DNA from: Candidatus Eiseniibacteriota bacterium
Lineage (GTDB): Bacteria > Eisenbacteria > RBG-16-71-46
Length of the DNA: 64,000 bases
Direction of reading: 5' to 3'
NCBI GenBank assembly: GCA_963776245.1
Contig: CAVZLN010000006.1
Span: 768,001-832,000 of the forward strand
The notes under the pieces were generated by a model. The model made no database searches, was not told the origin of the DNA, and worked only from the letters and a program-made list of their open reading frames with translations. The translations under genes were made by a program, and so were the position numbers. This document shows, one piece after another, positions 48,305 through 60,110 of this stretch (positions are counted from its first letter, which is position 1; each line of letters opens with the position of its first letter).

Positions 48305-51052
48305 CTATCGGATGCGGACCACGCGCCGCGTCTCGTTGCGCGCGCCGGCGTCGAGACGGCAGAAGAACAGCCCCGCCCCCACCCGGCTCCCGGCATCGTC
48401 CCGTCCGTCCCACACCGCCTCGTGGCGGCCCGGGTCGAGCACACCCCCGCGCAGCAGCGTGCGCACGCGGCGGCCGGTGATGTCGTACACGCTCAACTGC
48501 ACGCGCTCCCGCCGGGCGAGGTCGAAGCGGATCGCGGTCGCGTCGCGGAACGGGTTGGGGGCGTTCTGGAGCAGGCGGAACGCCGGCACGGCCGCGCCGT
48601 CCGCCGCGGTCACCGAGGTCGAGTCGAAGATCAGCGCGCCGAACTCGGGGTGATCCACGAATGGATTGCGGTTGTTCTGGATCGTGTAGATGGCGCCGTT
48701 GCGCAGGCGCTCCTTCCAACTGACCGGATCGCCGAGGCTCCACTGCGTGTACCGGTAGGCTGCCCACGGCAGCAGGTCGGCGCCACTGGCGGAGGCGCTG
48801 CCCGGCCAGCCGGCGTCTTCGGTGTAATAGCGCGTGGCGACGTAGAACGCGCTGCGAGCGAGGTCGCCCTTGAAGGCGTCGATGGGCTCGAACACGGTGC
48901 CCACGTAGGCGGGGTCGGCGCTCGTCCCGAGCTTGGTGCCGTTCATCGAGGTGAAGGTGGCGGCCGCGACCGGCCCGTACGGGTAGTTGCTGCGGTGCTC
49001 GTTCACCTTGACGTCGGTGGGATACAGGATCCACAGGTCGGAGTACATCGGCAATGCGCCACCGAACCACGCCTGGGGCCACGAGTGCTCGCGGTTGTAC
49101 CCGTCCCCTTCCGAGGTCCCGCCGGTCTGGCCGAACACGAACTCGTAGGGCGGGGTCCCCCCCGGGATGTCGGAGTACACGTCCCACACCTTGCCATTGG
49201 GCTTCACATCGGTGGTCTGGAAGGCGGTGTAGGCGTAGTCGTAGCTCTGCGCCGCGTGGTTCTTGATGAGGTTGTGCAGGGCCAGGCGCAGCGCCGCGCC
49301 CTTCAGGCCGGCGGTGCCGTCGTAGTAGCCCGGCGGGATGGCGACATCGGTGTACGTGAAGATGCCGCGGGCGCCGACGGTGGCGTTCGCGTACGGGTCG
49401 GCGACGCCGGTCGCGATCACCGTGTCGAGCCGCGCCGGCACGCCGGCGACCGTGATGAGCACGTGCGCCGGGTTCGAGGGGTCCCGCACCGCGGCCGAGG
49501 CGGCGATCCCCGCGATGGAGTAGTTCGCGGGGTTCTCCGCGCTGGTCTGCTCGAGCGGCTCGGAGAACTGCACCAGGAACGTGGACTCGCTCATCTCGCC
49601 CACCACCACGATGCTGGGCGCCACGAGGTCGGCCGCCCACACCACGTCGGCGGCGTCGCGGGGCTCGAGCTTGTACGCCCCGTTGCTGTAGTTGACCGGA
49701 CCGGTGATGTCGTAGGTGGTCCCGAGCAGCGGCGTGAAGACATAGCCCAGCGGGTCCACGACCGCGGCGCCGCTGCCGTCGTTCACCGACCACTGCCCGG
49801 CGCCCAGGCTCGGGTTGGCGCACACGCCGCCCGCGATCTTCACCAGCACGCCCTCGTAAGCCTCGGCCAGCGCGCTGCCGGAGGGCACCACGACCGGCGC
49901 CGGAAGCGTGCCGCCGGGGGTCGCGCTCATCACCACCGCGCTCGCGAGCAGCGTGTTGCCGGCGTAGCCCTGGGCGTCGTTCTCGATCACCGTGCCGCGC
50001 ACGGTCACCACGTCGCCGACGGCCGGCGCCGTGGTGGCGCGCGCCCAAAGTCCGTTCCACGCGCCGGTGCCGTCCTGCACGGTGAAGTACGTGCCGAAGC
50101 GGCCGGTGACCACGCCCTGCGTGATGGCGCCGCTGCCGGCGTAGGGCGAGGCGGACGCCGCGCCCTGGATCTGGGCGATGGTGAGGTCGTAGAACAGCGC
50201 GTAGCTCCGGAGATCCGTGGTGCTGGCGCCGGCCGCGGCATCGGTGGCGGTCACCTTGTAGAACACCGTGGTTCCCGCGACCTGGGCCGGGATCGCGGCG
50301 CTGGTGGCGTAAGTGGCGCCGGAGAGGAGCGTCATCGGGATACTGTTGGAGAGCGCAGACGCGCTCGTCCCCCACGCCAGCGTCACAGCGGTGATGGCGG
50401 AGGCCGTGTCCACGACATCGGCGTGCACGTCCGTCGGGGTGCCGGCCAGCGGGAAGGCGGGGCTGGTCACGATCTGGGAGATCGACGGTCCCGGCGGCCG
50501 CGGCAGGACGGTGTGCGTGCCGGGGTTGGCGTCGGACGACAGAGTGACGGGCGTGGCGGTCCACTCCGCCGGCGTGTAGGTGGGGTTCGGCGAGTAGATG
50601 TTGGGATTGCGCACGTACATCGAATTCTCGAACACCGTCCCGCCGACCACCACGCGGTCGATCACGCTCCCGCTCCCGTTCACGAGCTTGGCGCCGTCAT
50701 TGACCCGGCCGTTCCAGGTGGAGTTGGAGGTCGACCAGGCGGCGTCCGGGAAGTTCACCGTGAACACGGCGAAGGTGGTGGAGTTCCCCGCGACCAGCGC
50801 CTGCCCGGGGACGATGGTGCCCGAGAGGTGCCAGGTCATGATGTCGACGCCATTGCCCACCGCGATCAGCGCCCAGTTGGTCAGGTCCACGCTGTCCGGG
50901 CCGGAGTTGTAGATCTCGATGAAACGGTCCGTCAGGTAGTGGGCCTCGAGCGGATCGCACAACTCGGAGATCAGGACGCTCGAGCGCGCCGCGGTCGGCA
51001 GGAATGAGAGGGCCGCGACCGCCGCGGCGACCAGGAGGAACGACCTGCGCAT
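48305..51052 (-). CDS. Secreted multidomain endonuclease (lamin-tail, OB-folds, Ig-like, endonuclease I, FlgD/T9SS-like CTD)
   Basis: LISELCDP..FIEIYN (LTD); TIAQIQG..SPYAG (OB); NREHSWPQAWF, KGDLAR..FY..TRY and QNNRNPFVDHPE (EndA); C-terminal QNAPNPF..YDITGRRVRTL..WDGRD. Confidence 0.92.
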   Translation of the reverse strand: MRRSFLLVAAAVAALSFLPTAARSSVLISELCDPLEAHYLTDRFIEIYNSGPDSVDLTNWALIAVGNGVDIMTWHLSGTIVPGQALVAGNSTTFAVFTVNFPDAAWSTSNSTWNGRVNDGAKLVNGSGSVIDRVVVGGTVFENSMYVRNPNIYSPNPTYTPAEWTATPVTLSSDANPGTHTVLPRPPGPSISQIVTSPAFPLAGTPTDVHADVVDTASAITAVTLAWGTSASALSNSIPMTLLSGATYATSAAIPAQVAGTTVFYKVTATDAAAGASTTDLRSYALFYDLTIAQIQGAASASPYAGSGAITQGVVTGRFGTYFTVQDGTGAWNGLWARATTAPAVGDVVTVRGTVIENDAQGYAGNTLLASAVVMSATPGGTLPAPVVVPSGSALAEAYEGVLVKIAGGVCANPSLGAGQWSVNDGSGAAVVDPLGYVFTPLLGTTYDITGPVNYSNGAYKLEPRDAADVVWAADLVAPSIVVVGEMSESTFLVQFSEPLEQTSAENPANYSIAGIAASAAVRDPSNPAHVLITVAGVPARLDTVIATGVADPYANATVGARGIFTYTDVAIPPGYYDGTAGLKGAALRLALHNLIKNHAAQSYDYAYTAFQTTDVKPNGKVWDVYSDIPGGTPPYEFVFGQTGGTSEGDGYNREHSWPQAWFGGALPMYSDLWILYPTDVKVNEHRSNYPYGPVAAATFTSMNGTKLGTSADPAYVGTVFEPIDAFKGDLARSAFYVATRYYTEDAGWPGSASASGADLLPWAAYRYTQWSLGDPVSWKERLRNGAIYTIQNNRNPFVDHPEFGALIFDSTSVTAADGAAVPAFRLLQNAPNPFRDATAIRFDLARRERVQLSVYDITGRRVRTLLRGGVLDPGRHEAVWDGRDDAGSRVGAGLFFCRLDAGARNETRRVVRIR

Positions 51053-51313
51053 GCGCTACGCCCGCCTTTCGGGGCCGTGGCTCGGGGGTCGCCACTGCGG
51101 GCGGGGTCGAGACACGTGGGTGCGCCCTCCACGCACGGGTGGAGGGACTCGATGTGGGTGAGCCGGGACCGGGACTATTCTACGCGCTCGGGGCGGCGCG
51201 CGGAAACCGCGCCCCACCGGGGAGCGGGGCTCCGACGCGACCTGCCGTCCGGGACGGCGGCCCGAGCCCGCCGCCTGCCGCGGCGTGCCCTCAGCGGTCC
51301 GGGGTGAGCGGGC

Positions 51314-51700
51314 TCAGGGCCCGCACAGGCAGTCCGCCCACGAGGACGCCGCGGGCTCTCCGCCCTTCACCGCCTTCACCGTCACCGAGATGGTGTGTTC
51401 GTCCCAGTTCGCAGGCCGGCCGTCGAACGTGCGCACCCGCCCGAGGAAGCCCACGGTGACGCACCACGAGCCGGTGACCCCCGCCTCGCGGTCGGCGTCG
51501 CTGAGCGGAAGCGCGGTGGCGCACCTCACGCGGAAGTCCCGGGTCTCCGCCAGCACGAACAGGTTGGTGAACATCGCGCGCGCCACGGGCGTGCCGGTCC
51601 AGCGCACCGCGGCCCGCTCGGCGGCGGGATAGCCGAAGTCGCCACCGCACGCGGTGCCCAGCGCCACGACCAGCAGACCGAGGAACAGCCAGGCTCTCAC
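51314..51700 (-). CDS. Small hypothetical lipoprotein
   Basis: GTG start overlaps the upstream stop; hydrophobic leader with GTAC lipobox-like site; four further Cys residues. Confidence 0.6.
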   Translation of the reverse strand: MRAWLFLGLLVVALGTACGGDFGYPAAERAAVRWTGTPVARAMFTNLFVLAETRDFRVRCATALPLSDADREAGVTGSWCVTVGFLGRVRTFDGRPANWDEHTISVTVKAVKGGEPAASSWADCLCGP

Positions 51701-54192
51701 CTCGGGCTCCCTTCGTGCGCCGCGGCCTCGGCGGCGGTGCGCTCGCCCATCGCCAGCGCGCCGCTGAAGCACTTCTGCGCGCACAGGCTGCAGCCCACGC
51801 ACTGCGAGGCGTCGAAGCGCGGGAGGCCCTGCGCGTCGAGGCTCACGGCGAGATAGGCGCAGCGGGTGCAATTGCCGCAGTGCATGCACAGGTCGGGCTC
51901 GAGCCGCGGGATGCGCTTGGTCGCCGACAGCGCCATGAAGTCGGTGATGGGGTCCGGCAGCGCGCGCCCGATGAGTTCGTCCACCGAGCGCAGGCCGCGC
52001 GCTTCCATCAGGTGGCTGAGGCCGGAGTGCAGTTCGTCCACCACGCCGACCCCGTACTTCATCGCCGCGGTGCAGAACTGCACGCTGCGCGCGCCGAGCG
52101 CCAGGAACTGCGCGGCGGCGCGGTAGTCCATCGGGCCGCCGTTCCCCGACACGGTCACGCCGAGGTGCGCGACCGAGGCGAGCGTGAGGTTCGAGATCGG
52201 CGCCACGCCGGCGCCACTCATGCCCACCAGGATGCCCTCGTCCCACGTGCTCTTGGCGCCGGGACGGAAGAACAGGGTCGGGAAGCTGTTGGCCAGGGTC
52301 ACCCCCGCCCGCTTGCCGGGATAGCGGTCGAGCACCTGCTTCACGGCGCGCACGATGACCTCGACCGAGGTCACCATGCCGGTGAGCTTGAAGAGCTTGG
52401 GCACCGCCGGATCGCCGCTCTCCATGATCCATTCCACGATCTTCGCCGTGAGCCCGGGCGACTGCGACACGATCGAGCCCTCGGTGCCGTCGCCGCCCTG
52501 CGGACACGAGAGGCTGAATTCCACCGCCATGGCCCCGGCGCGCTCGAGCTTGCGGCTGTTGGCCTGCCAGACCTTGCGATCCTCCTCGTCGCGCCCGGTC
52601 ACCGGCCCGCCGGTCGAGGCGGCGGTGAGACGGTCGGGGTACTCCTTCACCAGCCGCTCGATCTCGCGACAGACGCGGTCGAGCGGGTGGTCGGAGACGT
52701 TGTCGCAATTGCCGTAGGTGTCGGCGTCGAAGGCGTGCATGTAGTCGGCGGGGATGTGGATGTCGAGCCCGTCGAACGCGGTCTTCATCACGCCGCCGGC
52801 CCAGCCGGCCCGGTACGCCCTGCGCATCGGCTCGTACCCGTCGGTCGGGGGCGCGGCCGAGAGCAGGAACGGCGACCGGATGCGGCGGCCGAAGAAATCG
52901 ACATCGAGCGGCACCGGCAGGTCGCGGCTGCCGGCGAGGCGCACGTGGCTCTTGCGCGGGTCCGGGAACTCGGGCGCCGGCTGCCGCGCGATCCACGCCG
53001 CCAGCGCGACCGCGCCGTTCTTGCCCGAGGCGGCGGCCTCGACCACGTTGCTGGGCCCGTGCGGCGCATCGCCGGCGACGAACACGCCGGAGCGGGTGCC
53101 GGGCGGCAAGCCGGCGCGATTGCCGATCGCGACGATGACTTGCGCGATGCCGTCGAGCGCGTGCGCCGAGCCGGGCTCCGGCACCATCTTCGCCGGATGG
53201 AACTTCTCGCCCGCCGGCAGGCGGACCCGTTCGAGCTTCAGCCCGCTCACACGGCCGCCCGCTCCGAGGATGGCGGTCACGCGCGTGCGCCCCACCAGGT
53301 TGATGGCGTGATCGAGCAGCGACTGGCGCTCGCGCGGCGACAGCGGCATCTCGCCCGCGCGCTCGAGCGTGATCATCTCCACCTCGGTCGCGCCCTGCCG
53401 CGCGGCGGTCACGGCGCAGTCGCAGGCGATCGCGCCGCCGCCGATCACCGCGACGCGCCCGCGCACCGCGTGGCGCTCGGGCTCGGCGAGATAGGCGTTG
53501 CCGGCCAGCGCGAGCGGTTCGCCCTCGATCCCGAGCCGGATGGGATCGTGCAGGCCGGCGGTGACGAGCACGCCGGCGTAGCCCTGGTCGAGCAGCGCGC
53601 CGGGGTCCGCGACCTCGCGACCGGTGTGCAGATGGATGCGCGGGCTGGCGAGCAGCCAGTCGATGTCGGTGTCGAGCACGTTCGGGTCGAGCCGGTGGGT
53701 CGGGATCAGCCGCACCGCGCCCCCGGGCTTCGCCCCGCGCTCGAGCAGGTCCACCTCGAAACCGAGCTGCGCCAGCACGCCGGCGCCCGCCAGGCCCGCC
53801 GCGCCCGCGCCCACGACCGCGACGCGCTGGCCGTTGGCCGGCGTCGGTTCGAGCGCGGGCAGCGTGCCGAGATGTTTCGCGCGCGCCACGATCGACGCCT
53901 GCACCATCGGGATCTCGATCGGGATGTCGAAACCGGCCCGCGCGCACGCGGCCTGACAGTAGATGTCGGGGCACACGCCGCCACACACGCCGCCCAGCGG
54001 GTTCTTGGCCATGATCATCTTGGCGGAGCGTCCGAGGTCGGCCGGGGTGCCTCCGCGGGCGGCCATGATGAAGTCGGCGGGCGAGCAGTCGGCCGGGCAA
54101 GCCTTCATGCACGGCTTCTCCTCGCAGTAGACGCAGCGCGCGATCTCGCTGGCCAGCTGGGCGTCGGTGAGGAACAGGTTCGGGTGTGGCAC
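51697..54192 (-). CDS. Single-chain PreT+PreA fusion (DPYD-like Fe-S flavoenzyme) with a divergent active site
   Basis: RCVYCEEKPCMKACP, GAGAAG and GGGAIACD (GltD-like); SPFLLSAAPPTDG, EFSLSCPQG and KLT (DHOD-like barrel); two C-terminal 4Fe-4S motifs. Confidence 0.9.
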   Translation of the reverse strand: MPHPNLFLTDAQLASEIARCVYCEEKPCMKACPADCSPADFIMAARGGTPADLGRSAKMIMAKNPLGGVCGGVCPDIYCQAACARAGFDIPIEIPMVQASIVARAKHLGTLPALEPTPANGQRVAVVGAGAAGLAGAGVLAQLGFEVDLLERGAKPGGAVRLIPTHRLDPNVLDTDIDWLLASPRIHLHTGREVADPGALLDQGYAGVLVTAGLHDPIRLGIEGEPLALAGNAYLAEPERHAVRGRVAVIGGGAIACDCAVTAARQGATEVEMITLERAGEMPLSPRERQSLLDHAINLVGRTRVTAILGAGGRVSGLKLERVRLPAGEKFHPAKMVPEPGSAHALDGIAQVIVAIGNRAGLPPGTRSGVFVAGDAPHGPSNVVEAAASGKNGAVALAAWIARQPAPEFPDPRKSHVRLAGSRDLPVPLDVDFFGRRIRSPFLLSAAPPTDGYEPMRRAYRAGWAGGVMKTAFDGLDIHIPADYMHAFDADTYGNCDNVSDHPLDRVCREIERLVKEYPDRLTAASTGGPVTGRDEEDRKVWQANSRKLERAGAMAVEFSLSCPQGGDGTEGSIVSQSPGLTAKIVEWIMESGDPAVPKLFKLTGMVTSVEVIVRAVKQVLDRYPGKRAGVTLANSFPTLFFRPGAKSTWDEGILVGMSGAGVAPISNLTLASVAHLGVTVSGNGGPMDYRAAAQFLALGARSVQFCTAAMKYGVGVVDELHSGLSHLMEARGLRSVDELIGRALPDPITDFMALSATKRIPRLEPDLCMHCGNCTRCAYLAVSLDAQGLPRFDASQCVGCSLCAQKCFSGALAMGERTAAEAAAHEGSPR

Positions 54193-54259
54193 GGGGGCAT
54201 CCCCTTCGGGTTGTCGTCTTGCGGCGCGGTTCCGGACCGATTGGCGAGCGGTGTGGAGC

Positions 54260-54289
54260 AGTGTAGACGAGACCCGCTTGGCATGCGAA
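54260..54289 (-). promoter_or_regulatory. Putative sigma70 promoter of the DPYD-like gene
   Basis: TTCGCA-18 bp-TACACT, with a GGAGATGAGCG direct repeat just upstream (54294-54316). Confidence 0.4.
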
Positions 54290-54323
54290 GCGCGGAGATG
54301 AGCGGGGAGATGAGCGCGGGGCG

Positions 54324-54396
54324 GAGGGGAGCGAGCCCGAATCCTCCGCGGTGCAATACCCACACGCACCGCTCCGGATCCAGGCTCGCTCCCCTC
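54324..54396 (-). repeat. Structured element copy A (long hairpin)
   Basis: 21-bp outer stem with two G-U pairs on the minus strand, GGA/GGA internal loop, GCGGTGC/GCACCGC stem and GTGTGGGTATT loop. Confidence 0.8.
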
Positions 54397-54425
54397 GCTG
54401 TGCCTCGATGGCCACACGTTGCCGA

Positions 54426-54500
54426 GGCGCTGGATGAGGGCAGGCCCGGAGGGGTGCGTGTGGGTATTGCACCCCGGAGGGTCTGCCCCCATCCGGCGCC
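54426..54500 (+). repeat. Structured element copy B (long hairpin), inverted relative to A
   Basis: About 21-bp outer stem with two G-U pairs on the plus strand, GGA/GGA internal loop, GGGGTGC/GCACCCC stem and the identical GTGTGGGTATT loop. Confidence 0.8.
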
Positions 54501-54547
54501 CCCCGCACGGGAATCGGAGGTGGCCGCGGGCGCGCGGTGCGTATCGC

Positions 54548-54576
54548 GTGAAACGCTGGGCCGCACGCGCTATAGT
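54548..54576 (+). promoter_or_regulatory. Putative sigma70 promoter of xdh-ssnA
   Basis: GTGAAA-17 bp-TATAGT. Confidence 0.5.
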
Positions 54577-54651
54577 GCCGCGCTCGAGGCCTGACGGTGG
54601 AGCGCGCGGAGCGATGGCGAGCCGGTGCGGGACCGCACCCGGAGGGACGTG

Positions 54652-57288
<2,637 letters not shown>

Positions 57289-57355
57289 GCCGCCGCATCG
57301 CGCGGGCGACCACTCACCGGAGCGCGTCCCGCTGGGCGCGCCGCGAGGACCACCG

Positions 57356-58492
57356 ATGAACCCCGACACGACCACTCGGGCCGCCGGCACGCGGCCGGGC
57401 TACGTCAACTCCCACACCCACTTCTACAGCGGTCTGGCGCCGCTCGGCATGCCCGCGCCCGCGGTCCCGCCCGAGAACTTCGTGCAGATCCTGGAGCGCG
57501 TGTGGTGGCGGCTCGATCGCGCGCTCGACCCGGCCACGCTGCGGGCGTCGGTGCGCCTGTACGTCGCCGAGGCGCTGCTCCACGGCACCACCACGCTCAT
57601 CGACCACCACGAATCGCCGTCCTTCATCGACGGCTCGCTCGACGTGCTGGCGGACGCCTGCGACGAGCTGGGCGCGCGCGCGCTGCTCACCTTCGGCGCC
57701 ACCGACCGCAATGGCGGCCGCTCCGAGGGGCAGGCCGGACTCGCGGAGTGCCGGCGCTTCATGCGGGAGAATCGCCGCCCGAACGTGCGCGGCGTGGTGG
57801 GCCTGCACGCCTCGTTCACGGTCTCGGACGAGACCGTCGAAGAGGCCGCCGCGATGTGCCGCGAGCTCGGCACGGTGATGCACGTGCACATGGCCGAGGA
57901 CGTCGCCGACGTCGCCGACGCGCGCAAGCGCGGCCACGCCGGCCCGCTCGAACGCCTGCTCACGCATGGCGCGCTGCCCCCGGGGTCGATCATGGCCCAC
58001 GGCGTCCACCTCGACGAGGCGCAGGTGCGCGCCGCGGCGTCGCGGCGCCTGTGGCTGGTGCAGAACCCGCGCTCCAACGAGGGCAATCGGGTGGGCTTCG
58101 CCACCGCGCTCAAGGCGTCCGAGCGCGTCGCGCTCGGCACCGATGGCTATCCGGCCGATCTGCCGGCGGAATTGCACGACCTCCAGCGCATCGCCGCCCG
58201 CGCCGACGGGAGTCTCGACCCCGGGGTGCTGCGCGCGCGGCTCGACTCCGGGCGCAAGCTCGCGGCCGAGCGCTTCGGCGCCGACGCCCTGGCGCGCGAC
58301 GCGGTGGAGCTGGTGCCACCCACCGCCAGCACCGCGGGCGGTCCCGCCCCCACGCGCGCGCTCCGCGTGGTGGTGGCCGGCGAGACCGTGGTGGAGAACG
58401 GCCGCCTGGTGCGCGCCGACCTGGAGGAGATCCGGTTGGAAGCGCGCGAGCAGGCCACGCGGCTGTGGTCCCGCATGAACGCGCTGGCCTGA
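57356..58492 (+). CDS. Amidohydrolase, SsnA-like (short N-terminus)
   Basis: PGYVNSHTHFYSGLA, ENFVQILERVWWRLDRALD, GTTTLIDHH, GLHASFT, HVHMAE and NPRSN motifs. Confidence 0.85.
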   Translation: MNPDTTTRAAGTRPGYVNSHTHFYSGLAPLGMPAPAVPPENFVQILERVWWRLDRALDPATLRASVRLYVAEALLHGTTTLIDHHESPSFIDGSLDVLADACDELGARALLTFGATDRNGGRSEGQAGLAECRRFMRENRRPNVRGVVGLHASFTVSDETVEEAAAMCRELGTVMHVHMAEDVADVADARKRGHAGPLERLLTHGALPPGSIMAHGVHLDEAQVRAAASRRLWLVQNPRSNEGNRVGFATALKASERVALGTDGYPADLPAELHDLQRIAARADGSLDPGVLRARLDSGRKLAAERFGADALARDAVELVPPTASTAGGPAPTRALRVVVAGETVVENGRLVRADLEEIRLEAREQATRLWSRMNALA

Positions 58493-58626
58493 GCGGCCCG
58501 CTTGTGCCCAGGAGGTGCGCGCGATAGTTTCCGCGTCGCGACCCGCTGTGGCGTCGCCGAGGTGGTGCGAGATCCTCTGCCGCCCGGCGCGCCGCGGCTT
58601 CCACCCTACCGACGGTGAACCGGTCC

Positions 58627-59784
58627 ATGCGCATCGGCATCCTCACGGGCGGCGGCGACGTCCCCGGTCTGAACTCGACGATCAAGGCAGCGGTCCACCG
58701 CGCCGCCGAGGAGGGCAGCGAGGTCATCGGCCTGCGGCGTGGCTGGGCCGGCCTGCTCCATCTGAACCCGGACGACCCGGCGAGCCGCGAGGAGTACGTC
58801 GTCCCGCTCAACCGCGCGAACACGCGGACCATCGATCGCAGCGGCGGCACCTTCCTGCACACCTCGCGCACGAATCCCGCGAAGGTGAGCCTCCCGGACC
58901 TCCCCGACTTCCTGCGGGGCGACCACGCGGGTCTGGGCCCGGACCAGCGGGCGGACTGCACCCCGCACGTGTTGCGCGCGATCCAGCACCTCGGCCTCGA
59001 GGGACTGATCGCGATCGGCGGAGACGACACGCTCTCGTACGCGGTGCGGCTGCACCGCGAGGGTGTGCCGGTGGTGTGCATCCCGAAGACCATGGACAAC
59101 GACGTCTACGGCACCGACTACTGCATCGGGTTCTCGACCGCCGTCACGCGCAGCGTGGAGTTCATCCACGCGCTGCGCACCGCCGCCGGCTCGCATGAAC
59201 GCATCGCGGTGGTCGAGCTGTTCGGGCGCTATTCCGGCGAGACCTCGCTGATCGCCGCCTATCTGGCGGGCGTCGACCGCGCCGTCATCTCCGAGGTGGA
59301 CTTCGATGTCGAGAAGCTCACCCGCTTCCTGTACGAGGACCGGCGCGCCAATCCCAGCTCGTACGCGGTGGTCACGGTGTCGGAGGGCGCCAAGCCGCTG
59401 GGAGGCCAGCTCACCACCAGCGGCGAGGCGGACGCGTACGGCCACAAGAAGCTCGGCGGCGTGGGCCAGTTCGTGGCGGCCGAGGTCGAGCGGCGCACCA
59501 ACGTGCGCACGCTCTACCAGCAGGTGGCCTACCTGATGCGCAGCGGGGCGCCCGACGCGCTCGATCGCATGGTGGCCACCACGTACGGCTACCTCGCCAC
59601 CGATCTGCTGCTCAAGAAGCAGTACGGGCGGATGGTGGCGCTGCGCGATGGCAAGTACACCACGGTCTCGGCGAACAGCATCTCCGAGGGCCGGAAGTGC
59701 GTGGACGTGGACGAGCTGTACGACATCGAGAACTACCGCCCGAAGGTGGCGCACCTGTTGGGCAAGCCGATGTTCCTGTACTGA
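58627..59784 (+). CDS. 6-phosphofructokinase (PfkA family, group III-like), probably PPi-dependent
   Basis: [27 protein letters not shown] and PKTMDND motifs. Confidence 0.92.
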   Translation: MRIGILTGGGDVPGLNSTIKAAVHRAAEEGSEVIGLRRGWAGLLHLNPDDPASREEYVVPLNRANTRTIDRSGGTFLHTSRTNPAKVSLPDLPDFLRGDHAGLGPDQRADCTPHVLRAIQHLGLEGLIAIGGDDTLSYAVRLHREGVPVVCIPKTMDNDVYGTDYCIGFSTAVTRSVEFIHALRTAAGSHERIAVVELFGRYSGETSLIAAYLAGVDRAVISEVDFDVEKLTRFLYEDRRANPSSYAVVTVSEGAKPLGGQLTTSGEADAYGHKKLGGVGQFVAAEVERRTNVRTLYQQVAYLMRSGAPDALDRMVATTYGYLATDLLLKKQYGRMVALRDGKYTTVSANSISEGRKCVDVDELYDIENYRPKVAHLLGKPMFLY

Positions 59785-59987
59785 CCGTCCGGCGTCCCGC
59801 GGCCCCGACCCTCACGTGCGCGTGAGGCCGGCGACCTGACCGCCTGTCTTGAGCGCCTGTCAGGATGACAGCGGGGACCCTCGCCCCGACCCCGCATGCT
59901 CCCCCGGCGGCCGGGCCCGCGTCGCTCAATGCGCGCTCCGGCCACGAGTTGCCCGCGCTCGCGAGGGCTCGAGCGATCGCGGCGGCT

Positions 59988-60003
59988 TGGCGCGAAGCAT
60001 GCT
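59988..60003 (+). promoter_or_regulatory. Putative sigma54 (-24/-12) promoter upstream of the por operon
   Basis: TGGCGCG-AAGC-ATGCT with GG-N10-GC spacing. Confidence 0.5.
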
Positions 60004-60110
60004 TTTCGCATCCTCTCCCCACCGAAAGGCGCCCCCGGCGGCAGCTCGAGCCCGGCCCGCTGCGATGGGACGCGCGATCATCTTCGGACTTCTCCGGCCA
60101 GGAGCACCCG

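Noticed and set aside
47954..51007. Long antisense ORFs (also 8706-11132, 25707-28448, 32770-36177 and 51715-54594)
   Set aside because: They lie opposite well-supported genes and carry no recognisable motifs.
51053..51182. Structured leader upstream of the endonuclease gene
   Set aside because: One 8-bp hairpin (CCCTCCAC/GTGGAGGG) and generic GC pairing, with no recognisable riboswitch motif or second copy.
54324..54500. CRISPR repeat, integron attC site, SECIS element or terminator as the identity of the twin hairpins
   Set aside because: Only two inverted copies and no cas or intI genes; no RYYYAAC/GTTRRRY ends; no adjacent in-frame UGA; no U-tract, and the flanking genes are divergent.
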